This document shows positions 11,061-24,592 of a stretch of 64,000 nt of DNA, piece by piece. The notes under the pieces were generated by a model that was not told the DNA's origin, searched no databases, and saw nothing but the letters and a program-made list of their open reading frames with translations. The first letter of the stretch is position 1; every line of letters starts with the position of its first letter. Both the position numbers and the translations under genes were made by a program. Source of the stretch: Octopus bimaculoides (taxonomy: Eukaryota); the NCBI RefSeq assembly GCF_001194135.2, contig NC_069003.1:26629860-26693859 (forward strand), read 5' to 3'.

Positions 11061-13847
11061 TATATACTATACATGCGCAAATACACGTCAGATTTCCACA
11101 TATTTTCCGTCTACTAAATTTCAATCACAAGGCATTAGTTGGCCCAGGGTTATATAGTAGAAGACACTTGCCTAATGTGGTCCGCAGCGGGACTGAACCG
11201 AAACCACGTGGGTGCAAGTAATTTCTTAATTACGTATGCACACACACAAACACACATTAATTAACGTGACTGATGTAAGAAGATGCGAGAAAGTTCTCGA
11301 CGGATCGACCGATTTTTCATTGCCAGGTGAAACGGTTTTCACTTGTATCGCTTACGTCCTCATGATGGACGGGTACAACAGCTTATACCCAAGGTACAAG
11401 AACTATAAGTAGGCATTAAACACATTTATTGTAAGGTCACACAACTTTGTAGTAACGTTATGAACATCACGTCCTTAACGAGGGTATCGCTAAGCGGTCG
11501 CTCTAAACTGCTGGAAATCAAAACCAAATCTTCAAGTAACATACTCTACCGTCACAGGGTAATGCGGTTCTGGGTTCGCCACACATGAGTAAAGGACGGA
11601 ACGGTCACGATTGGAATGTCTCGATCAGGGTTAACCAGGGGCTTAACAACAATAACACTAAATTTGACAAACTATGTAAGTATACATTAATGTGGAAATC
11701 TGGAAAGTTCTCGATATGTAAATAACCGAAAGCAATAGAAACTGCACACCAAATACTAACATCTCGTTGTAGTTAGGATGGTAGGTGCGAGGGTTAACCT
11801 TAAAATTAGTTATTAAAAATCTAAAGCAAACTAAAAGCTAAATGCATTAACGGCTGTTTAAGAATTTGTTTCTTCATTCATTCGGCGGATTGTGAATTAA
11901 CTTTTGATTTCCGTTCTCTTTCTCTCTGTTTTTCAGTCAGAGCTAGTGAAGTCCATGATAAAGTAAGCTGTATACGAATGGTAAGAGGGAAAAAGAAGAA
12001 TAGATGGAGAAAAGGGAAAAAGAAAGTAGAGAGAGAGAGAGAGAAATGGAAGGAGACGTGAGATAAGACAGATATATAAAGAATCGGAAAGAGAAAGAGA
12101 AAGATCGCCAAGAAACAATTAGAAATTATACAACAAAAAACGAAATTATAATCAAATCAAATTACAAAAATGAAAAAAGAAAAAAGAAAAATTTTCAATT
12201 CTCGACAAATTCTTTGATTTTATAAATGAAAATAAATAGATAAAACAGTTATAAAATCAATGTTTAAATCAAGTTACCCAACCCAACCCAACCTCCTCCC
12301 GTAAAAGGTTCAGCGGCAAATATTAAGCATTACGAATATGAGAAAGAGAGAGAGAGAGAGATGGAGTGGGAGAGAGAGAGAGAGAGAGAGATGGGGTGGG
12401 AGAGAGAGAGAGAGATCTAACGCTATGGGAAGAGCGCTTGCTTGGTTGTACATGGTGCTCACTGGCCGCGGCTGCTGATTTATATACACTCGAGCAGAAC
12501 AGACAGACACAACACAAACACTACTACATCAATCTCCAACTACCCAGCACCGCGCCGCAACCACCACAACCGGTCTCCGCACACATTGATTTCTTTTATC
12601 ACTACTGCTACAATTGTTGTGGTTATGATTGTTGTTGTTGTGGTTGTTGTTGTTGTTGTATTAACAGCGTGGTTTCTTCTCGATGGAGGCGAATAGCCAA
12701 ATATAGTAACCAGGCGTTCTGTTACTGTCAGGAACCGAGGAGCGAAAATGATAACATTTCTACATCGTAGTTCAGAGCTGCTTGCCTGCTGATGTTCGTT
12801 TCGGGGTGCTTAATGGAATGGAGAGACCACTGCGAAGTTCTGAGGGGTGGCTTTAACTACAGGCAAACACGGAATATTGAACTGCACATACTAACACTAC
12901 ACATACACATTAACACACACACACACTTATAGGTAATCTGTGTAAGTGTGTGTGTGCAAGATCTAATAACACATCATGGGCATATACACCATAAAGAGGA
13001 AGACTAGATTGAGTAAATTAAATTGTAATGTCGCTTCTCGTAAAATCATTTACTCACATACACTCTGTGGGTGTACACGCATTACGCGACCTGTGTACGA
13101 GAACGTGCATCCCCCGCAGAGCGGCCACACTAAAGTGACCACAAGTAATATGGACAGGTCGCGGTTTCAAAGCGACGAAGATATTTTGACACAAATGAAA
13201 TTTAAATGTTGAAGCGAATCTAACGGTTTTTTTTTTTGTGTTCTTAAATGGCTTATAAACATCTTCCACGCTGCAGTTGTATATATGTATATATATGCCC
13301 TGCCTTGGCCTCTCTTAGATCTGGCGGAACCCGTCCTTTTTCATGACTGCTTTTAGAAAAAAGACAGAGAGCTTTATAGCTTTTACTTGTTTTAGTTACT
13401 GGACTGCGGTCATATTGGGACACTGCCTTGAAGGGTGTAGTCAAACAAATCGATTCCATTACTTTTTTTTTCAAGTCTGGTACTTATTTTATTGATTTTT
13501 GTTGTTGTTGTTGCCAGATCGCTGTTACAAGGCGTAAACAAACCAACATCGGTAGTCAAGCGGCAAGAGGGGACTAACATATACTATGTATGTATGTATG
13601 TATGTATTCTTACAAGCGATGGGCTTTCACATAGTTTCCAGCTACCAAATTCACTCACAAGGAATTGGTCGGCCCAGGGCTATAGTAGAAGACACTTATC
13701 GAAAGTGCCGTGCCATGGAACTGAATTCAAAACCACATAGCTAAACAATCTTCTTAACCCGAAAGCTATGCCTGCGTAATATCTCATCATCATAATCACC
13801 ATGTATGTATATATATAACATGAAATTAATGAAAATCAGGAGAACAG

Positions 13848-14092
13848 AGATTTGCACGTCCATATTTTATTATAGAATTATTTACATCATTCTTCACGCG
13901 GACCTACGCACGTTTCGGCTGCAATTGCTACATATTGTTAAGTGTGCATGTTGGTGTTGTCGGTGCAGCTTCTTCAGGGTCCGTTGTTTACTGCTGTTTG
14001 AAGACCATCTGAAGAAAACTATGGGACTGACCGAATTGGAGTCCTAAAGGATGATGTAAATAACTATAATAAAATATGGATGTGCAAATTTC
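13848..14092 (-). mobile_element. Short non-autonomous Penelope-like element (family B) with hammerhead core and 5' inverted tail
   Basis: The tail 3' of the ribozyme (minus strand 13904->13848, GGTCCGCGTGAAGAATGATGTAAATAATTCTATAATAAAATATGGACGTGCAAATCTC) recurs inverted at 14041-14092 (plus strand GTCCTAAAGGATGATGTAAATAACTATAATAAAATATGGATGTGCAAATTTC). Confidence 0.65.
13899..13983 (-). ncRNA. Type I hammerhead ribozyme motif (minimal stem III)
   Basis: Minus strand: CGGACC-CUGAAGA-A-GCUGCA-(about 40 nt loop)-UGCAGC-C-GAAA-CGugCG-UA|GGUCCG. Stem I is CGGACC/GGUCCG (6 bp), stem II 6 bp, cleavage triplet GUA after 13905. The base of stem II is imperfect (A.C). Confidence 0.7.
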
Positions 14093-15760
14093 GATCACAC
14101 CTTTGATGATGTAGTCTTGACTGGCACTCCATCGGTTATGATGATGAGGGTTCAAGGTGATTCAATCAGCGGAACAGCCGGCTTGTGAAATTAACATGCA
14201 AGTGGTTGAGTACTCCAGACACGCGTGCCCTTAATGTAGTTCTTAGGGAGATTCAGTGTGGCACAGAATGTGACAAGACTGGCCCCTTTGAATTACTCAT
14301 TTTTGCCAGCAGAGTGCACTGGAGTAACACGAAATAAAGTGTCTAGCTCAAGGACACAACCTGCTGCCAGGAATTGAACTCACAACCTTACGATCATGAG
14401 CCAAATACTCTAACCATTAAACCATACAGTTTCACAATGTATGATGGGCATGGCCGGAACATCTTAGGTCATAGGTTTGCTTGATCACGACTTAACCTGC
14501 GCAAAACAACAACAACAACAAATATTTAAAAGTTAAAGGTTATTGGCGCAGGAGTGGCTGTGTGGTAAGTAGCATGCTTACCAACCACATGGTTCCAGGT
14601 TCAGTCCCACTGCGTGGCATCTTGGGCAAGTGTCTTCTACTATAGCCTCCGGCCGACCAAAGCCTTGTGAGTGGATTTGGTAGACAGAAACTGAAAGAAG
14701 CCCGTGGTATATATGTATATATATGTGTTTGTCACCCCAACATCGCTTGACAACCAATGCTGGTGTGTTTACGTCCCCGTAACATAGCGGTTCAGCAAAA
14801 GATACCGATAGAATAAGTACTAGGCTTACAAAGAATAAGTCCTGGGGTTGATTAGCTCGACTAAAAAGGAGGTGCTCCAGCATGGCCACAGTCAAATGAC
14901 TGAAACAAGTAAAAGAGTGAACACTATGATAACTTTGGTTTATATCTGTTCCAAGATGAGAGACAGAGAGGTGGAGAAGAGACAGACAGACAGAGAGGGT
15001 GGGAGAGAGACAGACATTGAAAATTGGTACATACAAAACTGTTTTATCTGCATTCTATATCTCAACAGGAATTTATATGGAATTTATTATTTTGAGGTAG
15101 AGTTATTTAATCGAGGGAGGCGCATCCATACTAATAACCATTTCAGTTTTCATCCCCTCACTCCAGAGAAGTCAGTGTCCATAGCCTTTCATTTCAATGC
15201 AGAGAGGGAAGTGCCGACATCCTTTCCAGGTACCCACCTTCCAGTCTAGAGAGACCCGTGGCAGTTGAAGTACTGTCATTATGCCCTATGGTCACTGTAA
15301 TTCTGAAGGGTTTCAATTAATTTGAAAAAAATGATTGGCTGTGTGGTAAGAAGTTTGCTTCCCAACCACATGGTTCCAGGTTCAGTCCCACTGTGTGGCG
15401 CCTTGGACAAGTATCTTCTACTATAGCTTTGGGTGGACCGAAGCCTTGTGAGTGGATTTGGGAGAGAGAAACTTAAAGAAGCCCATGGTATATATATATC
15501 TATGGCTGTGTGTGTCTTTTTGTCTGTGTTTGTCTCCAGCCATAGCTTGATAACTGGTGTTGGTGTGTTTACATCCCCATAACGTAACGGTCCAGGAAAA
15601 GAGACCAATAGAATAAGTACCAGGTTCACAAAATCTAATAAGTACTGGGGTCAATAAGTTCCACTAAAAACCCTTCAAGGTGGTGCACCAGCATGGTCGC
15701 AGTCTAATGACTGAAATAAGTAAAAGATAAAAGACATACAAAATACACACACAAACATCT

Positions 15761-15797
<37 letters not shown>

Positions 15798-17685
15798 AAC
15801 ATATATATATATATGAAGGTGCACGGCTCAGTGGTTAGAGCGTCGAGCTTATGATCGTGAGGTTGTGAGTTCGATTCCCTGACCGGGCTGCATGTTGTAT
15901 TCTTGAGCAAGATACTTTATTTCACATTGCTCCAGTTAACTCAGCTGTAGAAATGAGTTGCGACGTCACAGGTGCCAAGTTGTATTGGCCTTTGCCTTTC
16001 CCTTGGACAACATCGGTGGCATGGAGAGGGGAGGCCGGTATGCATGGGCGACTGGTGGCCTTCCACCAGCATTCCTTCATACAAGCAGTGGCTTTACATT
16101 TCTAGTCTTTTGGGAAAACTTCTAGCCATGAGAAAAACATTACAATGCTTGGACACAAGAAGGGCCCCTCACTGTAGAAAATCTACCACAAACAGTGCTT
16201 AAGACATACACACTTATGTATTTAGGTAAAGGTATTACTATGTAGTTTAAGAGGTTCACTTCCTATCCATGTGGTTTCAGGTTCAGTTCCACTTTACGGC
16301 ACCTGGGGTAAGTGTCTTCTATGATAACACTTGGGCCAACCAAAGCCTTGTGAATGGATATGACATGTGGAAACTAAAAGCCCATCATGAGTGTGTAAGT
16401 GAAAATGCACGCGTTTGGGCTTCATGAAACACACACATATAGTACATACACATACACACACACATGTTCACATATATGTCTGGGTAGTCTTTGTTTATTC
16501 ATATTAATAAAAAGGTTGTATATGTTATTTATTCTCTGCCAAACATATCAGTAAAGTATTAATTATAGATGCTGCTGATGGCGATGATGTTGGGGAACAC
16601 CTTCCGTTTATCACAGTTCAAAAAAAAAAAAAATGCTAAATGAGAACCGTCTTATCTCGGAGATGAAGTTCTTTGATAAATCCCTATCTGCAGCCAGAAC
16701 TGTAAATAGTTATTCAGGAACACAAATATATGCACAAAATGACAAGTATGAGTATTTATTATATTTGTGAAGGTATATGGCTGTGTGTCTCTCAGTGCTG
16801 GATCAACCATTATTAAGCAGAATAAGCACGTGCTCAAGGCATCAGGGGAGGGAGGGGAAGACACACCAGAGAAATGGTAAATGGCACTGAAGAAATCACT
16901 GTAACCCTTTAGCATTCCCATTATTCTGTCTACAGTAATGCTTATTTATTCACATTGTTTTGAATTGATCATGTATATATAATCTTATAGCTTTGAGATT
17001 TTGAAGAGGTGCAAGAGTGTCTGTGTGGTAAGTGCCTCATTTCAAAGACAGCTGAAATTGAAACTGTAAAGTAAGAGGTTTATAGCCTCAAATTGTAAAT
17101 TTATAAAAGAACAATGATTTAGAGAAGCAGAGTTCGGCGGGCGGCTCCTGTCTTCTCCCATTAATACCATATTAATCATCATTCATCTCATCTCATTAAT
17201 GTTTTTGTCCAGCCCGTAGCTACTCTCTGTGTACTGCCTTTATGGCAAATTGAAATGAAATAAAGTAGCTTGCTTACCAACCACATGGTTCCGGGTTCAG
17301 TCCCACTGCATGGTGCCTTGAGCAAGTATCTTCTACTACAGCCTCGGGCCGACCAAAGCCTTGTGAGTGGATTTGGTGGACGGAAACTGAAAGAGGCCTG
17401 GCCACCTAGCCAGTGGGGCGGCATCATTTGAAAGCTACAACAATGCGAGGAAGCACACTGTGATTAGAGATGTATAACAACATCCAATAATCTAGCTGAT
17501 ATACACATATATATATAGGCTGTATGCCCATGGACTGTTTACAGCAGACACATCACAAACCTTAATAGATTTCATCTGAACATTCTGAGATCCCTAACTC
17601 CATGTTGTTTGTCAGCATCCATACTCTACTATGCAGATCCAAGCAGTGCATGTCAGGTCACTCTATTGGATTGCCTATATCTAGT

Positions 17686-17968
17686 CCACTGCAGGATGAA
17701 GGCTTCAGAATGTTTTCTCCATCGACCTCAGTCTGATGTGGAAGCTGTGTATTTGAGCTTGTGACCATACTGGTTTGACATGGCTTGGCAGAGAGGTGCA
17801 GTAGTTTGGGTTCCTCACGTTCAGACCACTGCAGGATGACAGCCTCAGCATGTTCTCTCCATCAACCATAGTCTGATGTGGAGGCTGTGTATTTGAGCTT
17901 GTGACCATACTGGTTTCATGAGCCTACGCTGCTACACAGGGTTGACATGGCTTGGCAGAGGGGTGCAG
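17686..17968. repeat. Tandem duplication (about 140 bp unit) of a LINE-like fragment
   Basis: CCACTGCAGGATGA...CTCCATC(G/A)ACC..AGTCTGATGTGGA(A/G)GCTGTGTATTTGAGCTTGTGACCATACTGGTTT...TTGACATGGCTTGGCAGAG occurs twice in succession. Confidence 0.7.
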
Positions 17969-19827
17969 TTTTTTTTTATACCCATACACAGGAGTAGTTA
18001 AGTCAATTACATCGACCCCAGTGCTCAACTGGCACTTATTTTATCGACCCCAAAAAGGATGAAAGACAAAGTTGACATCAGGAGAATTTGAGCTCAGAAC
18101 GTATAGATGGACAAAATACCACTAAGCATTTTGCCTAGTATGCTAATGATTCTGCCAGATTGCTATACCGAAGAAAATGACTGATGAATTACCGAAACAT
18201 CATTTCTACAACAAGTTAGCATGTGACATGTCTTTGTTAATGTGTGTGTGTGTGTATGTGTGTGCATGCATGTGGAGAGAATGTCCAGTTAGTGGACAGT
18301 GTATATTCGTTTAGGAATACTCTCAAGGGCACCGCATCTCCCCAAAAAAGACTTCAGAGTCATGTGAGAACCTTGCTACTGAAAGAGCTACCTGGCATAG
18401 TGTCATAAAGAAAGATGCTATAGTGTCTGAGAATGCCAGGAATTGGATGAGCTGAGAAGAAAAAAGTAAAAGGAGCTGAGAATGTCTGGGGCTGGTAGAA
18501 TATTGTGATGATGGTGATGGTGGAGAAAGACTCGTTAGAGTTATCCTTCATTTGGATGGTTTGATCAATGAAGATGTATATAAATACTCTTTTACTTGTT
18601 TCAGTCATTTGACTGTGGCCATGCTAGAGCACCACCTTTAGTCAAACAAATTGACCCCAGGACTTATTCTTTGTAAGCCTAGTACTTATTCTATCGGTCT
18701 CTTTTGCCGAACTGCTAAGTTATGGGGACGTAAACACACCAGCATCGGCTGTCAAGCGATGTTGGTGGGGACAAACACAACATACACACACACATATATA
18801 TATATCAATAAAAAAATGGAGGATAATATGCTGAACCCAACGACTTGCAGACAATGTATCCCGTTGAATTCATTAACTTAATTTGTAACTAAAGTGACAA
18901 AAAACCACAAAGTACAAGAGTTTATGACAAACCATGTTATATTGACAACTGGGTTTACAATATATATATATATATATATATACATATATATGACGGGCTT
19001 CTTTCAGTTTCCATCTACCACATCCACTCACAAGGCTTTGGTCGGCCTGAGGCTATAGTAGAAGACACTTGCCCAAGGTACCACGCAGTGGGACTGAACC
19101 CAGAACCAGGTGGTTCATAAGCAAGCTACTTACCACACAGCCACTCCTACGCCTAAACTTACATAGAAAGAATCCTTCCTGCATATAATAAATTTGAATG
19201 CAGAAGTTTTTATTATTCACTTTCTTATGGTTTCATTATTAGGTTTTTGTCATTGTTATCATCATCATCATCTTAAAGTCCACCTTTTCATGCTTCCATG
19301 GGTCAGACAGAACATTTTGAGGCTTAGTGGTTAGGTGTATTTGGCTCACAACCATAAAGCTGTGAGTTTGATTCCCAGTGGAGCAGTGTATCCTTGAGCA
19401 AAACACTTTATTTCGCATTGCCCCAGTCCATTCAGCTGGCAAAAATGAATTCAAAGGGCCGGCTTTGTCACACTCTGTGTCACACCGAATCTACTTGAGA
19501 ACTACATTGAGAGCATGCGTGTCTGTGGATTCCTCAGCCACTTGCACTTTAATTTCATGAGCAGGCTGTTCTGTTGATTGGATCAACTGGAAATCTTGTT
19601 GTTGTAACTGGGGAATGCCAGTTTTATGACCAGGTTCCCCTCCATGTTGCCAACCCTTCTCTTTCCATGCAAGGTCATAGTTTCCCATTACCTGACATGT
19701 TTTCGCTGAATACTGGAAATGAGTGATACTACCTGTATGACGCTGGCGTGCATTTACAACTATTGTTTGATGTCAAGGCAAGGAAACATACACATACACA
19801 CTACATACATACATACGTACGTATATA

Positions 19828-20037
19828 CAAGGTGGGTGCTAAACAGTTCCTGGTTTTAAGGGTATTGTGAAAGGCCTGGTTGGAGGCCCAACCTTCCGAG
19901 TTCTTTTACAGGGCTTATAAAAACTGAAGGACTGTTGCAATAAGTGTGTGGATCTGAGAGGGGGAATATGTTGGATAAAATCATAATTAAATGATCCTCC
20001 TGTATTTTCTTTTACCCAAAGTCAGGAACCCCACATC

Positions 20038-20040
<3 letters not shown>
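19828..20040 (+). mobile_element. Degraded mariner-derived MITE (second family)
   Basis: Degenerate TIRs (CAAGGTGGGTGCTAAACAGTTCCTGG ... TCAGGAACCCCAC) and an internal remnant resembling the mariner C-terminal KL..RW.KCV.L.GEYVE motif. Confidence 0.5.
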
Positions 20041-20117
<77 letters not shown>

Positions 20118-20723
20118 GAAAAAATACACATGAAGTACAGAACATCACCAACGAGCAAAAAATATGTCAACACACAGCGAGAGACAAGTATTGGATGAAA
20201 TATATATACATATATATATATATATGATGGGCTTCTATCAGTTTCCATCTCCCAAATCCACTCACAAAACTTTGATCAGCCCAAGTGCCATGCAGCAGGG
20301 CTGAACCCCAAATAATATGATTGGGAAGCAAACTTTTTGACCATACAGCTATGCCTGCACCATTATTCACAACTGACCACTCCATGGTAAAAAAAACCCC
20401 AAAAAACTGTAAAGTTACCTTCTCGAATCATACCGACTCATAAGGGCTGGTTTCCCAGTTTTCATGGGGCTACATATTCTCCAACTGGATGGGACGCCGG
20501 TCTGTCACAGGGTTACTCGTTTTTGCCAGCTGAGTGGACCGGAGTAACATGAAATGAAGTGTTTTTTGCTCAAGAACACAACATGTCACCCAGTCCAGGA
20601 ACTGAAACGACAATCTTACAATCATGAGTCCAACACCCTAACCACTAAGCCATGCACCTCTATGCCAGAGTTAATTATTAAAATGGTTCACTGTCAATTT
20701 CCTGTAGTGTTAATGAAATCATG

Positions 20724-20830
20724 GGTACATGGAGTAAATAAAATCATAACATAAACAATTAAATATAAGAAATAATAATTTTTTAAAGTATGTGTTAATC
20801 CCCATGTACCCAGACTTTGTGGACACCCTG
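20724..20830. mobile_element. Tc1/mariner MITE, one end truncated (same family as 33959-34085)
   Basis: TGGGTACATGG ... CCATGTACCCAGACTTTGTGGACACCCTG followed by TA. Confidence 0.7.
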
Positions 20831-23800
20831 TAGAAACTCACCGCATGGTAGAGAGCACAACATGCCCCCATTTATCAAAGATACAGAAATCCCTGATGGA
20901 CAGACATAATTTCGCTGTTATTAATATAGATGGCCATTTTCTCTAATAATGTCCATATTGTTAAGTCCTCTCAGCTATACTTTGTTCATGAATGCTTCAC
21001 TAAGCCTATTATAAACCACAAAAATCCACAAGTGTGGGTGCTTATCTCTGTTTCTTTAGTATTACGTGGGTGAGAGATAAAAGATTCTCCAGGAGAAAAC
21101 ACTTGCGTATTGATCATCATCATCATTTAATGTCCATTTTCCATGCTGGCATGGGTTGGATGATTTGACTGGAGCTGGCAGACCAGGGGACACACCAGGT
21201 TCCATTGTCTGTTCTGGTATGGTTTCTATGGCTGGATGCCTTTCCTAACACCAACCGATCCACAGAGTGTACTGGGTGCTTTTTATGTGGCACCAGCACT
21301 GGTATCATTCTGCTGTGGCAGACTCAGTACAGCAAGGCACCAGATGTCTCGGTTCTTTGTCATTTCATTCATAACACTCAGCGTCTTGAGATCAGCCTTC
21401 CATACTTCGTCCCATGTCTTCATAGGTCTCCCTCGTCCACAAGACAGGAAGCAGTACTGACTGCATCGAAACATTGTGTATGAGCAATGCAATGTCTCAC
21501 TCAATGTAGAACCGTGTTCTCAAATATACCATACAGAAGACTGTGTAAATACACTGTAAAATTCCTCCATGAATGGCCTAATACCGATACACAGCACAGG
21601 CTATCAGTACTAAATCCATCTACAAGGAGTTAAGTGATAAGCACTTCTGCATACAACTGCCTACATCCATATGCATCACATGACTATTGTGGTTAGATTT
21701 TTCTCCATGGAGAAAAACTGAAGTCATCATTACAAACCAAAAAAATATATATCACGTTTACAATGCTATACCACAACATACAGTACAGCAAACTGCTGTG
21801 GTGGTATCCATTTATAGCAAGATGGATGGGACCAAAGACAGTCAAACTTCTTGGGCATAACAAGAGACATAGTACAGCAACAGAGCTAAGATACAAACCA
21901 TTGACTTAATGGCATGTGGTCCTCAACCTGATAGATGAGAATGGACAAAGTAGTTCATGGTACCAAGCCTTTGGGGATTGGACACAATATGGATGATGAG
22001 AAGAGGAGAAACAAGTGGGTACTTTTGGTTATCTCACCCCATAAAAAAATTGGGTTATCTCCCCACTAAAAAATCGAGTTAATATGGCAACATGAGAATG
22101 GATTAAAAGAGTTAGATTCTTTTGATTCAATACTTCAACACATTGTTGACGTTTGGCCCCCTCAATCGGAATGGTATGATTTGTTATAAAAATGTTATCA
22201 GATTCAATAAGATGTTTAATTTTTTCCGTTTTCATGTTTATTAATTTTTCTTTTTTTTTGGTTTTTGTTTTATTGAGGATTAAACAATTTTTATATAAAT
22301 AAAAATCGTTTTGCGGACTGACAGATATCAGTCCACTTTTTAATGGGGGTGAGATAATCATAAAGTACCGACAAGTGAATAGGGAATACCCGTGTTAGCT
22401 CAAACGGACAGAGGCGATTGTAGAAGCAGCAGAGAAGAGAAAGGTGTGGAGGAGTTAGATCGTCTGTGGACCAGNNNNNNNNNNNNNNNNNNNNNNNNNN
22501 NNNNNNNNNNNNNNNNNNNNNNNNNNNNNNNNNNNNNNNNNNNNNNNNNNNNNNNNNNNNNNNNNNNNNNNNNNNNNNNNNNNNNNNNNNNNNNNNNNNN
22601 NNNNNNNNNNNNNNNNNNNNNNNNNNNNNNNNNNNNNNNNNNNNNNNNNNNNNNNNNNNNNNNNNNNNNNNNNNNNNNNNNNNNNNNNNNNNNNNNNNNN
22701 NNNNNNNNNNNNNNNNNNNNNNNNNNNNNNNNNNNNNNNNNNNNNNNNNNNNNNNNNNNNNNNNNNNNNNNNNNNNNNNNNNNNNNNNNNNNNNNNNNNN
22801 NNNNNNNNNNNNNNNNNNNNNNNNNNNNNNNNNNNNNNNNNNNNNNNNNNNNNNNNNNNNNNNNNNNNNNNNNNNNNNNNNNNNNNNNNNNNNNNNNNNN
22901 NNNNNNNNNNNNNNNNNNNNNNNNNNNNNNNNNNNNNNCCGGGCGTTGTGAGTGTTTATTGAGCCAAAACACCTAAAACTCCACGAGGAGATCGTGGCGA
23001 ACCCTGCTGTACTCTTTCACCACAACTTTCTCTCACTCTTACTTCCTGTTTCTGTTGTACCTGTAATTCAAAGGGTCAGCGTTGTCACATCGTGTCACGC
23101 TGAATATCCCGGAGAACTACGTTAAGGGTACGCGTGTCTGTGGAGTGCTCAGCCACTTGCACGTTAATTTCACGAGCAAGCTGTTCCGTTGATCGTCGGA
23201 TCAACTGGAACCCTCGACGTCGTAAGCGACGGAGTGCCAACAACTTATTCTAACGATCTATTTTGCCCAAACACTATGTTACGGAAACGAAAACAAACAT
23301 TGGTTGTGAAACGATGGTGGTGGTGGGGAACAAAGACAAACTGTACGTGTATGTGAATATAATTGTACATAAACGTACACTCATGCACACATATAGACAC
23401 AATGGACTTTCATACAGTTTCCGTCAACCAAGTTCACTCACATGGTATTGGTCAGCCCAGGGTTTAAGTAGAAGGCACTTGGCCATAGTTCTACGTAGTG
23501 GGGAGGATTTCGATCTTATCGGTTGACCGACACCCGCATTCTTTTGGGGAGGGTAGCGAAGCAAGAAGCATGATCATTGTAAAAACTCCAGAAAAAAACC
23601 ATTACAACACACACACATATGCAATGCAAAGTAAGTATGCCCCACCCACGTAATAATTAAGTCTATCGTAAACCAGGTTAAAACATTTTCCAAATGCTAA
23701 CTGTAGCTATTTGACGATTATAAGTACATCAGTCTACATTTTATGTTGCCCCGACTCCAAGAAGAAAGACATGTACATCTCTTAATGATAGCTTCCATCA

Positions 23801-23845
23801 CCCTGTTATTACGTCAATAGGTGTTAAATCTTATTGATAAACAAT

Positions 23846-23876
<31 letters not shown>

Positions 23877-24560
23877 NNNNNNNNNNNNNNNNNNNNNNNN
23901 NNNNNNNNNNNNNNNNNNNNNNNNNNNNNNNNNNNNNNNNNNNNNNNNNNNNNNNNNNNNNNNNNNNNNNNNNNNNNNNNNNNNNNNNNNNNNNNNNNNN
24001 NNNNNNNNNNNNNNNNNNNNNNNNNNNNNNNNNNNNNNNNNNNNNNNNNNNNNNNNNNNNNNNNNNNNNNNNNNNNNNNNNNNNNNNNNNNNNNNNNNNN
24101 NNNNNNNNNNNNNNNNNNNNNNNNNNNNNNNNNNNNNNNNNNNNNNNNNNNNNNNNNNNNNNNNNNNNNNNNNNNNNNNNNNNNNNNNNNNNNNNNNNNN
24201 NNNNNNNNNNNNNNNNNNNNNNNNNNNNNNNNNNNNNNNNNNNNNNNNNNNNNNNNNNNNNNNNNNNNNNNNNNNNNNNNNNNNNNNNNNNNNNNNNNNN
24301 NNNNNNNNNNNNNNNNNNNNNNNNNNNNNNNNNNNNNNNNNNNNNNNNNNNNNNNNNNNNNNNNNNNNNNNNNNNNNNNNNNNNNNNNNNNNNNNNNNNN
24401 NNNNNNNNNNNNNNNNNNNNNNNNNNNNNNNNNNNNNNNNNNNNNNNNNNNNNNNNNNNNNNNNNNNNNNNNNNNNNNNNNNNNNNNNNNNNNNNNNNNN
24501 NNNNNNNNNNNNNNNNNNNNNNNNNNNNNNNNNNNNNNNNNNNNNNNNNNNAGTATTGAT

Positions 24561-24592
<32 letters not shown>

